Part shown: in pieces, positions 19,992 through 29,220 of the stretch
How the letters are laid out: every line of letters starts with the position of its first letter
How positions within the stretch are numbered: the stretch's first letter is position 1
NCBI GenBank assembly: GCA_963817525.1
Contig: CAWFOU010000007.1
Span: 320,001 to 384,000 of the forward strand
Origin: an uncultured archaeon
GTDB lineage: Archaea > Thermoproteota > Nitrososphaeria > Nitrososphaerales > Gagatemarchaeaceae
Direction of reading: 5' to 3'
Length of the DNA: 64,000 bases
Translations under genes and position numbers: made by a program
The notes under the pieces: model-generated
Databases searched by the model: none
Seen by the model: the letters and a program-made list of their open reading frames with translations, nothing else
What the model was told of the DNA's origin: nothing

Positions 19992-20717
19992 TTGGCAGGA
20001 TCGCAGGACGCGAACGAAGAGTTGTTTCGCAAAGGCCTAGAGGGGAAATTCCGTATGATAGAGAGTCTAGCAATCGGTCACCTGAAGAATAGTTGGGCCG
20101 AGTATCACTCAGGAGAATTTGACGCCGCCTCGGGCATAGTTACCACCTATCGAGCGGCTCGCAAATCCTTCGAAGAGCACACGAAGGAAACGCGACTCTT
20201 GGAGGACATTCCGGTTCCAACTCCCGGCTCAACCGGCGATTATCGGGACACCAAACGGCAGATCCGAATGGTGATTTCGAACTCTGCTGCTGCGGTTGCT
20301 TTCCTTACGAGAGGTGAACAGAAGGTTCCGGCAGATGTTAGAAACAAGCTCGACGCCCTCCTAGAACAGATTGCGGACGTGCAAAAACTGAGCCCCAATC
20401 TCCACGTGCATTTGGCCGAGTCAGTGAAAGAGCACGAGGCTACACATTATCTCGCCTCATCAGTTTTGGCCGCCAAATCTATTGATTATGTTCTCTCTAA
20501 ACTTCCCGGCGACAACGAGATCGGAAAGGCGGATTTCCTAGTCTCCAAGGGCCTGTTGAAAAAGGAACTGAAAGACGGATGGGTTCTAACTTGGAAGAAG
20601 GCGAGGAACTACTATGTGCATGACTTGTCGGCAATCCCAGCGTCCCCTGAATCTCTGTCTCTCGTCACGCAGGCTTGCGAGCTTGCATTGGCATACACCA
20701 AAGCCAATCTTTCGTGA
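19992..20717 (+). CDS. HEPN/DUF4145-like domain protein
   Basis: YLASSVLAAKSID...KARNYYVHD (Rx4H). Confidence 0.6.
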   Translation: MAGSQDANEELFRKGLEGKFRMIESLAIGHLKNSWAEYHSGEFDAASGIVTTYRAARKSFEEHTKETRLLEDIPVPTPGSTGDYRDTKRQIRMVISNSAAAVAFLTRGEQKVPADVRNKLDALLEQIADVQKLSPNLHVHLAESVKEHEATHYLASSVLAAKSIDYVLSKLPGDNEIGKADFLVSKGLLKKELKDGWVLTWKKARNYYVHDLSAIPASPESLSLVTQACELALAYTKANLS

Positions 20718-20894
20718 TTCTCTAACGTGCCGATCTCAGACCGCCCCGGTAGATAGGGTTCGACCAACTCGTATGCCCTGCTGATAATTTCCATCTTGTT
20801 CTCCGCAATCCTCTTCCCGGTCGCAAGTCCCGGTCCGGATCCGACGGGGGCCGTTGGCGAGAATACATGAGTGATTGAACTATAGGCTTTAGAC

Positions 20895-21383
20895 TCAAGG
20901 ATTTACGATCAGTAAGACCAATTGAATCGCCACCGAGAATATGAGGACGATTACAGACATCTGATTTTGGCGACTTTGAATCATGTTGGAATACATCTGG
21001 TCAAAAAGCGCCCAGTTTGCCGTAGGAGAGGAATTCATGACAATCCTGTGATCCAATCTGACTTCTCTCGTCATGCTGTTTCCTGTTGTGGATAGATCGC
21101 CAATGGCAGAATCCTTGTCAACCTCTTCCCAAGACACTTTTCTGAATGTATAATCCAATCCAGTTAGCCGAATCAACCAGTAGTAATTCTGACTCTTTGA
21201 GACCTTCCCTTTTTTGATAAGCTCGTTGATAGCCCCAGAAGCCTTCCAATATCTTCTATCAAAGATACGCGCCATCTTGAGGTACAAGTCCGTCGAGACA
21301 GTGATTACCGCAGCAAAAAGAGCGATTAGAATCGAAAGAATCTTAAGACCAAGGATTATTTCAGAGCAGCCAATTGACATCAA
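20895..21383 (-). CDS. Hypothetical 2-TM membrane protein
   Basis: 162-aa ORF with hydrophobic helices at both ends; low GC. Confidence 0.55.
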   Translation of the reverse strand: MMSIGCSEIILGLKILSILIALFAAVITVSTDLYLKMARIFDRRYWKASGAINELIKKGKVSKSQNYYWLIRLTGLDYTFRKVSWEEVDKDSAIGDLSTTGNSMTREVRLDHRIVMNSSPTANWALFDQMYSNMIQSRQNQMSVIVLIFSVAIQLVLLIVNP

Positions 21384-21691
21384 CCCTCTAGGAATCTCCT
21401 CGCAAATGTGGCAATCAGCATCGCCTCGAGGAAGGGGGCTGCCTTGACACGGCCAGTGAAGGGCGCACGGGCATCTCTTTCAAATCGGACTCAGGCGACT
21501 CCACCGGAAACTCGCTTCCTGGTCAACTTAAACGCTGATATATCAGGCCAGGAAGGACTTTTCCTGCTTCACGGACGAGTCAGGCCGGATTGCTCAGGGA
21601 ACCTGCAGCATGGGTAAATATTACGACCCGCGGGACCTTATTCTGCGTTTATCCCCGCACTATCCGCTGATTCAATATCTTGGATGAAGCT

Positions 21692-21961
21692 TCATTGCTT
21701 CAGCATCTCTGCAACAGCCTTTCTGGTGCCAGCCTTGGCCCACGCTATCTCCTCTTTCACCTGCTTCCTGCTCTTAGTTTGCGTCTGCAGCTTGGAAGTT
21801 ATTGACTCGAGTTCGGCCATCCGTTCATCATTATACAGCCTCCGCTTAGTCGCGACGCGAATAAGTTCATCCCTCGTCATACGCTCTCCAGTCCCAGACA
21901 GCACCTCGATACGCCTCGAGACCTTCGGCCGAGTCGAGTGGTTCCCGGCGTGCGGCGTCAT
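21692..21961 (-). CDS. Small basic hypothetical protein
   Basis: ATGA overlap with the DUF2283 gene. Confidence 0.55.
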   Translation of the reverse strand: MTPHAGNHSTRPKVSRRIEVLSGTGERMTRDELIRVATKRRLYNDERMAELESITSKLQTQTKSRKQVKEEIAWAKAGTRKAVAEMLKQ

Positions 21962-22173
21962 TCCGATATCTCCACCTTCATCTCCTTCTTGGCGGTGAAG
22001 TAACGACTGAAGTTCGTGATTGTAACTCCTCTGATCTTGTTGGTCTTCGGGTCGCGCCTGACCAGCACATAATCATCAACCTCCTCTGAGACAGAAGGCC
22101 GCGGCTTCCCGAAGCTCAGGTACGCGACATCGGCCTCCTTGTCATAGCTGATGATTAGCTTGCTTTTCTCCAT
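21958..22173 (-). CDS. DUF2283-family antitoxin
   Basis: ISYDKEADVAYLSFG...VLVRRDPKTNKIRGVTI. Confidence 0.85.
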   Translation of the reverse strand: MEKSKLIISYDKEADVAYLSFGKPRPSVSEEVDDYVLVRRDPKTNKIRGVTITNFSRYFTAKKEMKVEISE

Positions 22174-22469
22174 ACCACCTTCTTCCTCTTTACATTCTCA
22201 GTGAAGTACGCCGTCAGTATAAATCCTTCTCCATTCAACTGCTTGATCACGACTGCAAGGTACTTCGATGTCACCGCCGTCTTATTGAAGAACCTGTAGA
22301 GAATCCTGGTATCGTCAGTAGCACCAGTCGCCACCAGCTCCGGCTCCGAAAGCGCGAGTTCGATCTTGTGTTCATCGACCATCACTTCGGGATGGAAGAA
22401 AGCAATGTGTAGTCTCTGGATTTCAGTGAATCTTATCTTTCTGCCATCATAGGCAACAAAGTGGTCCAT
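22155..22469 (-). CDS. RelE/BECR-fold ribonuclease toxin partnering DUF2283
   Basis: GRKIRFTE..RLHIAFFHPEV...KYLAVVIK...GFILTAYFT; overlaps the DUF2283 gene. Confidence 0.75.
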   Translation of the reverse strand: MDHFVAYDGRKIRFTEIQRLHIAFFHPEVMVDEHKIELALSEPELVATGATDDTRILYRFFNKTAVTSKYLAVVIKQLNGEGFILTAYFTENVKRKKVVWRKAS

Positions 22470-22479
22470 CCGGTTGTCA

Positions 22480-23745
22480 CTACATTGGTAACTTAACGAC
22501 AACGTCTGAGTCGGGAAGCTGAGCGAGATATTCCCAGCCCTGACCAATATGAGCTTTCAGCTCGCTGATAGGAATCACCTTCTGTCTGTTCCCGTTGTTG
22601 GCCATGGCTCCGAGCAGCTTCTCTCGCACCATCTTCTGAAAGTCCTCGTCCTTCATGCTCGACAGGTCCAGCTTGTCGACCTGCTCCTGGGTGTAGCCGG
22701 CGATTTGTATCAGCGTCTCTCGCTTGAAGGACTGCTTGATCTCCTCTTGGCTCATCCCTCGCTTGCGCAGCATTATCGTGACCGCTTCCATGCCTTTGAG
22801 ATAGAACTCTCTCATCTGGTCTTCCGTGTATCGCCTGTACGCGGAGTCGAGGAAGAGCTTGTGCCCCATCAGCGCCTCGGCAATGTCCCTTCCCAATGGC
22901 TGAAGCATCTGCGTGAAGAAGAACTTCCTCAGGCAGTGGATGTGGATGGTAGCCCTCCCCTGGTCGTCCTTCTCCCCCAGTCCGGAGTTCTTCAGCGCCA
23001 ACGAGAAGATGTGGTCCGCGTTCCAGTAGGACATCGGGAGGTTTCCGGTCTTGTGCTCCTGTCCACGGGTTGACGTCGGGAAGATGTAGTCGCTGGGATT
23101 GTTGATCCGGTCGAGGAGGAATTCCTTCAAGAACGTGACCGCCTCGTCGCTGATGAAGCAATATCTCGGCTGTCTGTCCTTTGTCACCTCTGCCCTAAGG
23201 TGTATCGTCGCTGGGTTCTTGGACAGATCGATATCCTTCACCCTGAGAGTAAGGAACTCTCCCACCCTCATCCCGCTCGAAGCCAGCATTGTGACAAGGG
23301 CCTTTCCGCGGGCATCCGTGTGCGTGAGGACGCTCCTGAGCTCTTCCTGCGTCGGGACCCTGTCGGCGGTGACCGCGTGATACCTAGGGAGGTCCACCTT
23401 GACCCTCATCTTGGCGTTGTCCAGATCAAAGTCGTTAATGGCGAGGAACTTCTTCACGGCCGTGATTCGATTCCTGAGGGAGTTTGGCGCGAACTTGTCC
23501 TTGAGCATCCATGCCACATATCCGTCGATGACCTTGTAGACGTCGTTCTTTCTCATGTAGGCCAATGCGTCGTTGGGGAGCATCTCGAGGTAGCTGCAAA
23601 AGTCCATCATCCCTCCGGTGGCGTTCTCGATGCTCTTCTTGGAGCCCCGCCTCCCCACTTTCTCTAGGTAGGTCTTGAGCTGAACGACTACCTCGTCCCG
23701 ATGATCTCTCCTCCACTCGTACGCTCTCCTGTTTAGGACCTTCAT
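22480..23745 (-). CDS. Tyrosine recombinase/integrase
   Basis: SSGMRVGE (R), TKD (K), HCLRKFF (HxxR) and LMGH...AY (H, Y) catalytic motifs. Confidence 0.93.
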   Translation of the reverse strand: MKVLNRRAYEWRRDHRDEVVVQLKTYLEKVGRRGSKKSIENATGGMMDFCSYLEMLPNDALAYMRKNDVYKVIDGYVAWMLKDKFAPNSLRNRITAVKKFLAINDFDLDNAKMRVKVDLPRYHAVTADRVPTQEELRSVLTHTDARGKALVTMLASSGMRVGEFLTLRVKDIDLSKNPATIHLRAEVTKDRQPRYCFISDEAVTFLKEFLLDRINNPSDYIFPTSTRGQEHKTGNLPMSYWNADHIFSLALKNSGLGEKDDQGRATIHIHCLRKFFFTQMLQPLGRDIAEALMGHKLFLDSAYRRYTEDQMREFYLKGMEAVTIMLRKRGMSQEEIKQSFKRETLIQIAGYTQEQVDKLDLSSMKDEDFQKMVREKLLGAMANNGNRQKVIPISELKAHIGQGWEYLAQLPDSDVVVKLPM

Positions 23746-23788
23746 GCAGGTCGGGACCTAGCTCCAGCCCGCATTTAAGCCTTGACAG

Positions 23789-23816
23789 GTAGCAGTTAAC
23801 TGCTAGATGTCGAAGT
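23789..23816. repeat. att site copy 3 (current glnA 3' end) with a palindrome
   Basis: Palindrome tagcagttaactgcta (23790-23805) overlaps the glnA stop and core agatgtcgaagt. Confidence 0.8.
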
Positions 23817-25266
23817 AGAGGTAGTACTCGTACGGGACGGGCCTCGCCGCGACCGCCTTTGCGTTGGCCGAGCCGAGCTCGATGATCATGTCGACCATGT
23901 CCTTGCTGAAGATTCCGTCGAGGAAGCTCGAGTCGCTCTGGAGCGCCTCCAGCGACTCGAAGAGGCTCGTGGGGAGGTTCTTGACCCCGAAGGCCTTCTT
24001 CTTCTCTGGGGTGAGGTGGTAGATATCCTCGTTGACCGGGCTCCCCGGGTCGATCTTCTTCTTGATGCCGTCGAGCCCCGCGGCCAGGATCGCCGCGAAG
24101 GCGAGGTACGGATTGGCGGAGGGGTCGGGGGTCCTGAACTCGGCCCTCTTCCGCTTCTCCTCGTTGGCTCCCTTGTGGTAGACCGGTATCCTGACGTTGG
24201 CGGAGCGGTTGGCCTTGCTCCACGCGATGTAGATGGGGGCCTCATACCCTGGGACGAGCCTGCGGTAGGAGTTGGTCGTCGGGTTGGTGATGGCGGTCAG
24301 CGCGCGGCTGTGTGCCAGGAGGCCTCCCACGTAGTAGCGCCCGACCTGGCTGAGCTCCGCGTAGCTGTCCCCCGAGTCGTAGAACGCGTTCTTCGAGCCC
24401 TTCCATAGGCTCGAAGAGACGTGCATGCCCGAGGCGTTGTCGCCGAAGATGGGCTTGGGCATCACCGAGGCGATGAGGCCCCTCCTCGCGGCGATGTTCT
24501 TTATCACGAACTTGTAGCTGAGGACGCTGTCGGCCATCGGGACTAGAGTGTCCCTGTACATGTCGATCTCGCATTGGCCGGCGGTGGCCACCTCGTGGTG
24601 GTGCGCGTCGTTGATCACGCCGAAGCTCTCGTCGAGGAGGTATGCGACCTCGCTGCGGTAGTCCTGCAGGGTGTCCTGCGGGGGGGCCGGGTAGTAGCCC
24701 TCCTTCCACCTGATGGGGAAGTTGGTGCCCCTGGCCTCGACCGCGCTCTCCACCGACGTCACCTTGAAGCTGTTATCGAACGGGTTGTGCACCGACCAGG
24801 TCGCGCTGTCGAAGACGAAGAACTCTATCTCTGGGCCCCAGTACGAGTCGGTGAAGCCCGCCTTCCTAGCAGCCTCCTCGGCCTTTTGAGCGATGTACCT
24901 TGGGTCCCGGGAGAACCTGCCCTTGCCGAATCCCCACTGGATGTCGCAGATGAGCCTCCCGGTCGGGTACCTCTCATCCCCCCATGGGATGATTGCCCAT
25001 GTGTCTGCGTCAGGGGTGAGGAGCATGTCCGACTCGTAAATCTCCGCGAAGCCCTTGATCGAGGAGCCGTCCAGCTTGGCGATGCCGACCTCGAACATGT
25101 CCTCGTCGATCATGTTTAGCGGGATGGAGACGTGCTGGGTGCGTCCAGGGACGTCCATGAACTGCAAGTCGACGAACTTTATGTTCTTCTCCTTGATCTC
25201 GGCCATAACCTGCTTGGGAGTCCTCTTCCGCGGGACTAGGCCCTTCGGAGTGTGGTCAAACGGCAT
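23803..25266 (-). CDS. glnA: Glutamine synthetase type I
   Basis: LDGSSIKGF, HHHEVATAGQCEI, MPKPIFGDNASGMH, NSYRRLVPGYEAP and EFRTPDPSANPYLA motifs. Confidence 0.97.
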   Translation of the reverse strand: MPFDHTPKGLVPRKRTPKQVMAEIKEKNIKFVDLQFMDVPGRTQHVSIPLNMIDEDMFEVGIAKLDGSSIKGFAEIYESDMLLTPDADTWAIIPWGDERYPTGRLICDIQWGFGKGRFSRDPRYIAQKAEEAARKAGFTDSYWGPEIEFFVFDSATWSVHNPFDNSFKVTSVESAVEARGTNFPIRWKEGYYPAPPQDTLQDYRSEVAYLLDESFGVINDAHHHEVATAGQCEIDMYRDTLVPMADSVLSYKFVIKNIAARRGLIASVMPKPIFGDNASGMHVSSSLWKGSKNAFYDSGDSYAELSQVGRYYVGGLLAHSRALTAITNPTTNSYRRLVPGYEAPIYIAWSKANRSANVRIPVYHKGANEEKRKRAEFRTPDPSANPYLAFAAILAAGLDGIKKKIDPGSPVNEDIYHLTPEKKKAFGVKNLPTSLFESLEALQSDSSFLDGIFSKDMVDMIIELGSANAKAVAARPVPYEYYLYFDI

Positions 25267-25350
25267 TGAGGCCCGGTCGGCCTCAAACGTGATATAAATC
25301 TTGCCTTCTCACGTTTGCGCTTGTTTACATATACGTGATAAAAGTTATCA
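25266..25350. promoter_or_regulatory. glnA/Lrp divergent control region with three inverted repeats
   Basis: TTGAGGCC-N5-GGCCTCAA (25266-25286), CAAACGTGA-N16-TCACGTTTG (25284-25317) and TGATAA-AAG-TTATCA (25336-25350). Confidence 0.6.
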
Positions 25351-25382
25351 AATGGCTAATATATGGGCGCCTCTGATAGCAA

Positions 25383-25838
25383 ATGCTATTGGACAACCTT
25401 GACCGCATAATCCTGAAGGAGCTCATGCTCGACGCAAGGCAGTCCTTCAGGGACCTCTCGAAGAAGTCCCACGCCTCGGTGGTCACCGTGGCGCAGCGGG
25501 TCAGGAAGATGGAAAAAGCAGGGGTGATAAAAGGCTACTCCGCCCAGGTTAGCTCGGAGCAGCTGGGGTACGAGATAACGACGGTCACCGAGGTCACGGT
25601 CTCAAAGGGGAAGGTTCTCGAGGTGGAGAAGGAGATCGCGAAGCTCTCACACGTCTGCGCGGTCTACGACGTGACCGGAGAAGAGGACAGCATAATCATC
25701 TGCAAGTTCAAGAACAGGGAGGAGCTCAGCAACTTTGCCAAGGAGGTCCTCGCCCTCCCGCACGTGGAGAGGACGAACACGCACGTGGTGCTCAACACCA
25801 CCAAGGAAGACTTCCGGAGCCCGTTCATCCTCGAGTGA
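25383..25838 (+). CDS. Lrp/AsnC family transcription regulator
   Basis: LDNLDRIILKELMLDARQSF...GVIKGY; VYDVTGEED RAM domain. Confidence 0.93.
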   Translation: MLLDNLDRIILKELMLDARQSFRDLSKKSHASVVTVAQRVRKMEKAGVIKGYSAQVSSEQLGYEITTVTEVTVSKGKVLEVEKEIAKLSHVCAVYDVTGEEDSIIICKFKNREELSNFAKEVLALPHVERTNTHVVLNTTKEDFRSPFILE

Positions 25839-25846
25839 CCGGCCGG

Positions 25847-26239
25847 CTAGCTCACTAGGGGCGACACCACGAACATGCTGAGCATCAGGATGGCAAGGAC
25901 CGTCGCGGTTATCGCCACAAAGGCGTAACTCCTCTCCTCCGCGAAGAGGGCAATCGAGATGACCACCCTCGCCACCGGGGTCGCCAGGAGGACGACCAGC
26001 CCGAGGTCGATGATCGCATATGGCTTTGCCGCCTCGACCCCCTGGACGAGGGGGACGAGCCCGACGAGGAACTTGTCCTGGGTGCCGGAGAGCTGCTGCG
26101 CGGCCCCGAGCGGGTAGTAACCCGTCTGGCCCTCGAAGAAGAGTAGGAGCGAGCCAAGGGCGACGAGGGCGAAGGAGGCTATGACGCCGTAGCGCAGCAC
26201 GTAGCCGATGACCGCCTTGAACCTGAGCTCGGTCGCCAT
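25847..26239 (-). CDS. DUF1634 membrane protein
   Basis: VLRYGVIAS...LGLVVLLATPVARV; usual partner of TauE. Confidence 0.85.
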   Translation of the reverse strand: MATELRFKAVIGYVLRYGVIASFALVALGSLLLFFEGQTGYYPLGAAQQLSGTQDKFLVGLVPLVQGVEAAKPYAIIDLGLVVLLATPVARVVISIALFAEERSYAFVAITATVLAILMLSMFVVSPLVS

Positions 26240-26243
26240 CCCT

Positions 26244-27107
26244 CTACACCCCGTGGAGGAGCATCTCGACCGCGAGGACCACGATGACCGGGACGAACAC
26301 CTTCCTTATCGAGGAGTTACTTGCCCTCACGAGGATCCTCGTGCCGGGGACCGAGCCCAGCACGACGCCCATCATGACCGGGGCGGCGAGAAAGGGGTTG
26401 ATGTATCCGCCCAGGTAGAATATCCCCGTGCTCGCGGCGGCCGTGACCCCGATCATGAAGTTGCTCGTCGTGGAGGAGACCTTCATGGGGAGCTTCATCC
26501 CTACGTCTAGCGCGAGGACCTTCAACGCCCCGCTCCCGATCCCGAGGAGGCCGGAGACGAGTCCGGCCACATACATTATGACGAGCCCAAGGGGCGAGCG
26601 GGTCGCCCGATACTGGACGTCCATGCCCAAGGCCTTGTCGTGGTATTCCCCCTTCAGCCCCAGCCTCGCGCTGATCGCGTCCGGGGCGATGCCAGCCGGA
26701 AGCTCCTCGCCAATCCTCCTCAGGAGCGGGAGCACCGAGAGCAGGAGCACGATGCCGAAGGTCACGTAGACGACCCCCTCGAGGTGGGCCCTCGCCAGGG
26801 CGATGGTCAGGACAGCGCCCATCACTGCCCCCGTCGTGGTGGCGACCTCCAAGAACATCCCTATCCGGAGGTTGGTGATCCCGTCCTTGACGTAGGCCGA
26901 CGCAGCGCCGCTAGAGGTCGCGATGACGGAGACGATGCTCGCCCCGATGGCGAAGAGGGGCGGGACGCCGAGGAATATCGTCAGGATGGGGACCATGACC
27001 ACGCCCCCGCCCAACCCCAGGAGGGAGCCGAGCAACCCGGCGAGGAACGCCGAGGCCAATACTACGAGGAAGAACTCCAGCGGGTCCAAGGTCGAGGCCC
27101 ACTCCAA
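26244..27107 (-). CDS. TauE/SafE (TSUP) sulfite-exporter family membrane protein
   Basis: GSLLGLGGGVVMVP, SGLLGIGSG and STTSNFMIGVTAA motifs. Confidence 0.92.
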   Translation of the reverse strand: MEWASTLDPLEFFLVVLASAFLAGLLGSLLGLGGGVVMVPILTIFLGVPPLFAIGASIVSVIATSSGAASAYVKDGITNLRIGMFLEVATTTGAVMGAVLTIALARAHLEGVVYVTFGIVLLLSVLPLLRRIGEELPAGIAPDAISARLGLKGEYHDKALGMDVQYRATRSPLGLVIMYVAGLVSGLLGIGSGALKVLALDVGMKLPMKVSSTTSNFMIGVTAAASTGIFYLGGYINPFLAAPVMMGVVLGSVPGTRILVRASNSSIRKVFVPVIVVLAVEMLLHGV

Positions 27108-27110
27108 TGC

Positions 27111-27716
27111 TCAACGGCGCGCCCCGACCAGTCCGAGGCTCGAGAGCTGCGAGCTCAGGGGGGCGATGCTCCCGGGATCCCTTTCGATGACCCTCTGGAG
27201 GGCCTCTCCGTAGAGCGTGATGATGAGCGACTCCCTGTCGCCCTTGAAGGGGCGGCCCTCCTGCTCCTTGGCCACCTCGGCGAGGGAGTAGGCCAGGCGG
27301 TCTGCGATTGCCTCCATCTCGCTGCTGGTCAGGGCTATCGTGATTCCTCTTAGAGCACTCAGGACTGCGAACACGCCCCTCAACCGCTCGAGATTGACGG
27401 CGAGGAAGTACCTTCGCAGGTCGAGCGGCACCTTGCCGTAATCCGCTATGAAGTAGAGCGCGTCGGCGGCGTAAAAATTCTGGATGATGCCGTGCCTCTC
27501 GGCCTCCCTCCTGACCACCTTTACCAGGCCGGCGGCCTTGAGCTCCTTCAGGTGGTAGTAAACCGACGGGTCGGAGATGCCGAGGCGGTCCGCGAGCATC
27601 TTCTGGGTGAGCTCCTCTTCCGCGAGGTGCCGGAGGATCTGCCTCTTGGCAGGGTCCACCAGCAGTTTGGCCACCTTCTGGTCGGAGACGACTCTGGTGG
27701 CGGTCCTGGGGGGCAT
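27111..27716 (-). CDS. ArsR-like winged-HTH regulator
   Basis: LVDPAKRQILRHL...SVYYHLKELKAAGLV. Confidence 0.85.
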   Translation of the reverse strand: MPPRTATRVVSDQKVAKLLVDPAKRQILRHLAEEELTQKMLADRLGISDPSVYYHLKELKAAGLVKVVRREAERHGIIQNFYAADALYFIADYGKVPLDLRRYFLAVNLERLRGVFAVLSALRGITIALTSSEMEAIADRLAYSLAEVAKEQEGRPFKGDRESLIITLYGEALQRVIERDPGSIAPLSSQLSSLGLVGARR

Positions 27717-27719
27717 TAT

Positions 27720-27737
27720 GATTAGGCTAGCCTAATC
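27720..27737. promoter_or_regulatory. Perfect 18-bp palindromic operator
   Basis: GATTAGGCTAGCCTAATC lies between the TATA box (about 27741-27748) and the ArsR ATG. Confidence 0.7.
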
Positions 27738-27879
27738 GATTATATAAGGCTAAACGTTTGGGGGGGCAGCGGCATCCAGAAGTCTCTTGCCGGCGAGCCC
27801 AGAGCCAACACCCCACAATCGATTGGAGCTGAAGAAACCCCCACAATTCATATACCCGACCAGACGCCAAAAACGCGAT

Positions 27880-28215
27880 TTGCATAGAGAGAATCCCGGA
27901 CTCCCCGACTACAAGATCGTGGTCGACGACGTGACCGGGGGGGAGATCGCGAACATCATCAAGGGCTACATCGCGGTGAACGGTGAGAAGATACGCTTCA
28001 AGGGGATCGCCTATGGGCGCTACGGAGGGCAGAACGTCGCACCGAGGCTCTCCCCGATGTCGAAGAAGAAGGTAAAGGCGGTCTTCGGCGACGTTTCAAA
28101 GTTCGAGGAAGACCTCCAGCAGAAGCTCGTGAGTGGAGACTTTGAGATCGACCAGGCCGCCGCGGAGGCCTCGAAGAAGAAGGAAGAGCTTGAGCACCAC
28201 CACACGCACTCGTGA
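27880..28215 (+). CDS. Hypothetical protein with a His-rich tail
   Basis: Host-like codon usage; ends EELEHHHTHS; start uncertain. Confidence 0.65.
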   Translation: MHRENPGLPDYKIVVDDVTGGEIANIIKGYIAVNGEKIRFKGIAYGRYGGQNVAPRLSPMSKKKVKAVFGDVSKFEEDLQQKLVSGDFEIDQAAAEASKKKEELEHHHTHS

Positions 28216-28272
28216 AACCCGTGATTTACAAGTCAATGCTCAGGGCGCCTTCGTCGGGGACGGGCTGAAACA

Positions 28273-29220
28273 ATGAACCTCATAGTGGGCGGGACGGGGT
28301 TCATAGGCGGGCACCTTGCCGAGTATTTCTTCCAGGAGGGAGAGATCTCGAAGGGGGTCTTCCGCAAGGGCTCGCACCTCAGGATAATGGACCAGTGCGG
28401 CATCCAGATGCTCGAGGCAGACCTGCTCCAGAGGGAGACGTTGCACGAGGCCGTGGACGGCGTCAACGTGATCTACAACCTCGCCTCCCCGACGCCCGAC
28501 CACGAGGGGCAGGGCGACTACCTCCCCCCGAATACGACAGGCCTGCGCAACCTCCTCGAGGAGGCGGAGGAGCACGGGGTGCAGGACTTTGTGCACCTGA
28601 GCACTCTCGACGTCTACGGGTTCAAGAAGAAGAGGATTGGCGCCTCGGAGGACGCGGTCGTCGGGACGCCGTCGCACCCCTACCAGAAGGCCAAGCTGCA
28701 GGCGGAGGCGGAGATCAGGGAGTTCTCCAAGAGGGCCGGGGAGATGCGGCTCAAGGTGGTCAGGGCGGCGAGGGCGACCGGCCCGCGCGACATCACGCTC
28801 GCGCTTCCCCTGCTGAAGATGATGGAGGGCGGCAGCATCGCCCTCCCGTCGGGGAGCGACTCGCAGATGTCGTTCTCGCACCCCAAGGACGTGGCGAAGG
28901 CCCTCTTCAGGGTCGCGACCTCGGGGGCTGGGGGGAAGGTCTACCAGGCAAAGTCGTTCGACGCCACAGCGGAGGAGCTGGCCAAGGGCGTGGCGGAGGC
29001 GTGCAAGAAGAAGGCCAATGTGAAGCGCGAGAACATCTTCTCCAGGACGGCCCTCCCACCGTACACCGTGAGCCAGATAAGGGCCGGGATGGTCCTCGAG
29101 AAGCAGGACTCGTGGGGGGCCATCTCCTACTCCCCGGACTACGACCTCAAGCGGACGTGCGCGGAGATAGCCGAGTGGCACGGAAAGGAGCCATGGCTGA
29201 CACAAAGCGGCCGGACATAG
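28273..29220 (+). CDS. NAD-dependent epimerase/dehydratase (extended SDR)
   Basis: GGTGFIGG and YQKAK motifs. Confidence 0.88.
   Translation: MNLIVGGTGFIGGHLAEYFFQEGEISKGVFRKGSHLRIMDQCGIQMLEADLLQRETLHEAVDGVNVIYNLASPTPDHEGQGDYLPPNTTGLRNLLEEAEEHGVQDFVHLSTLDVYGFKKKRIGASEDAVVGTPSHPYQKAKLQAEAEIREFSKRAGEMRLKVVRAARATGPRDITLALPLLKMMEGGSIALPSGSDSQMSFSHPKDVAKALFRVATSGAGGKVYQAKSFDATAEELAKGVAEACKKKANVKRENIFSRTALPPYTVSQIRAGMVLEKQDSWGAISYSPDYDLKRTCAEIAEWHGKEPWLTQSGRT

Larger units (their letters stand above)
9129..23816. mobile_element. Integrative element/defence island inserted in the 3' end of glnA (two tandem modules: about 9141-10970 and 10985-23802)
   Basis: Direct repeat AGATGTCGAAGT at 9129-9140 and 23805-23816 (glnA 3' end), with a third copy at 10971-10984; tyrosine integrase next to glnA; visibly lower GC; TA and defence cargo. 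Confidence 0.85.

Noticed and set aside
9129-23816. The island as a provirus
   Set aside because: No capsid, packaging ATPase, replication or conjugation genes were recognised
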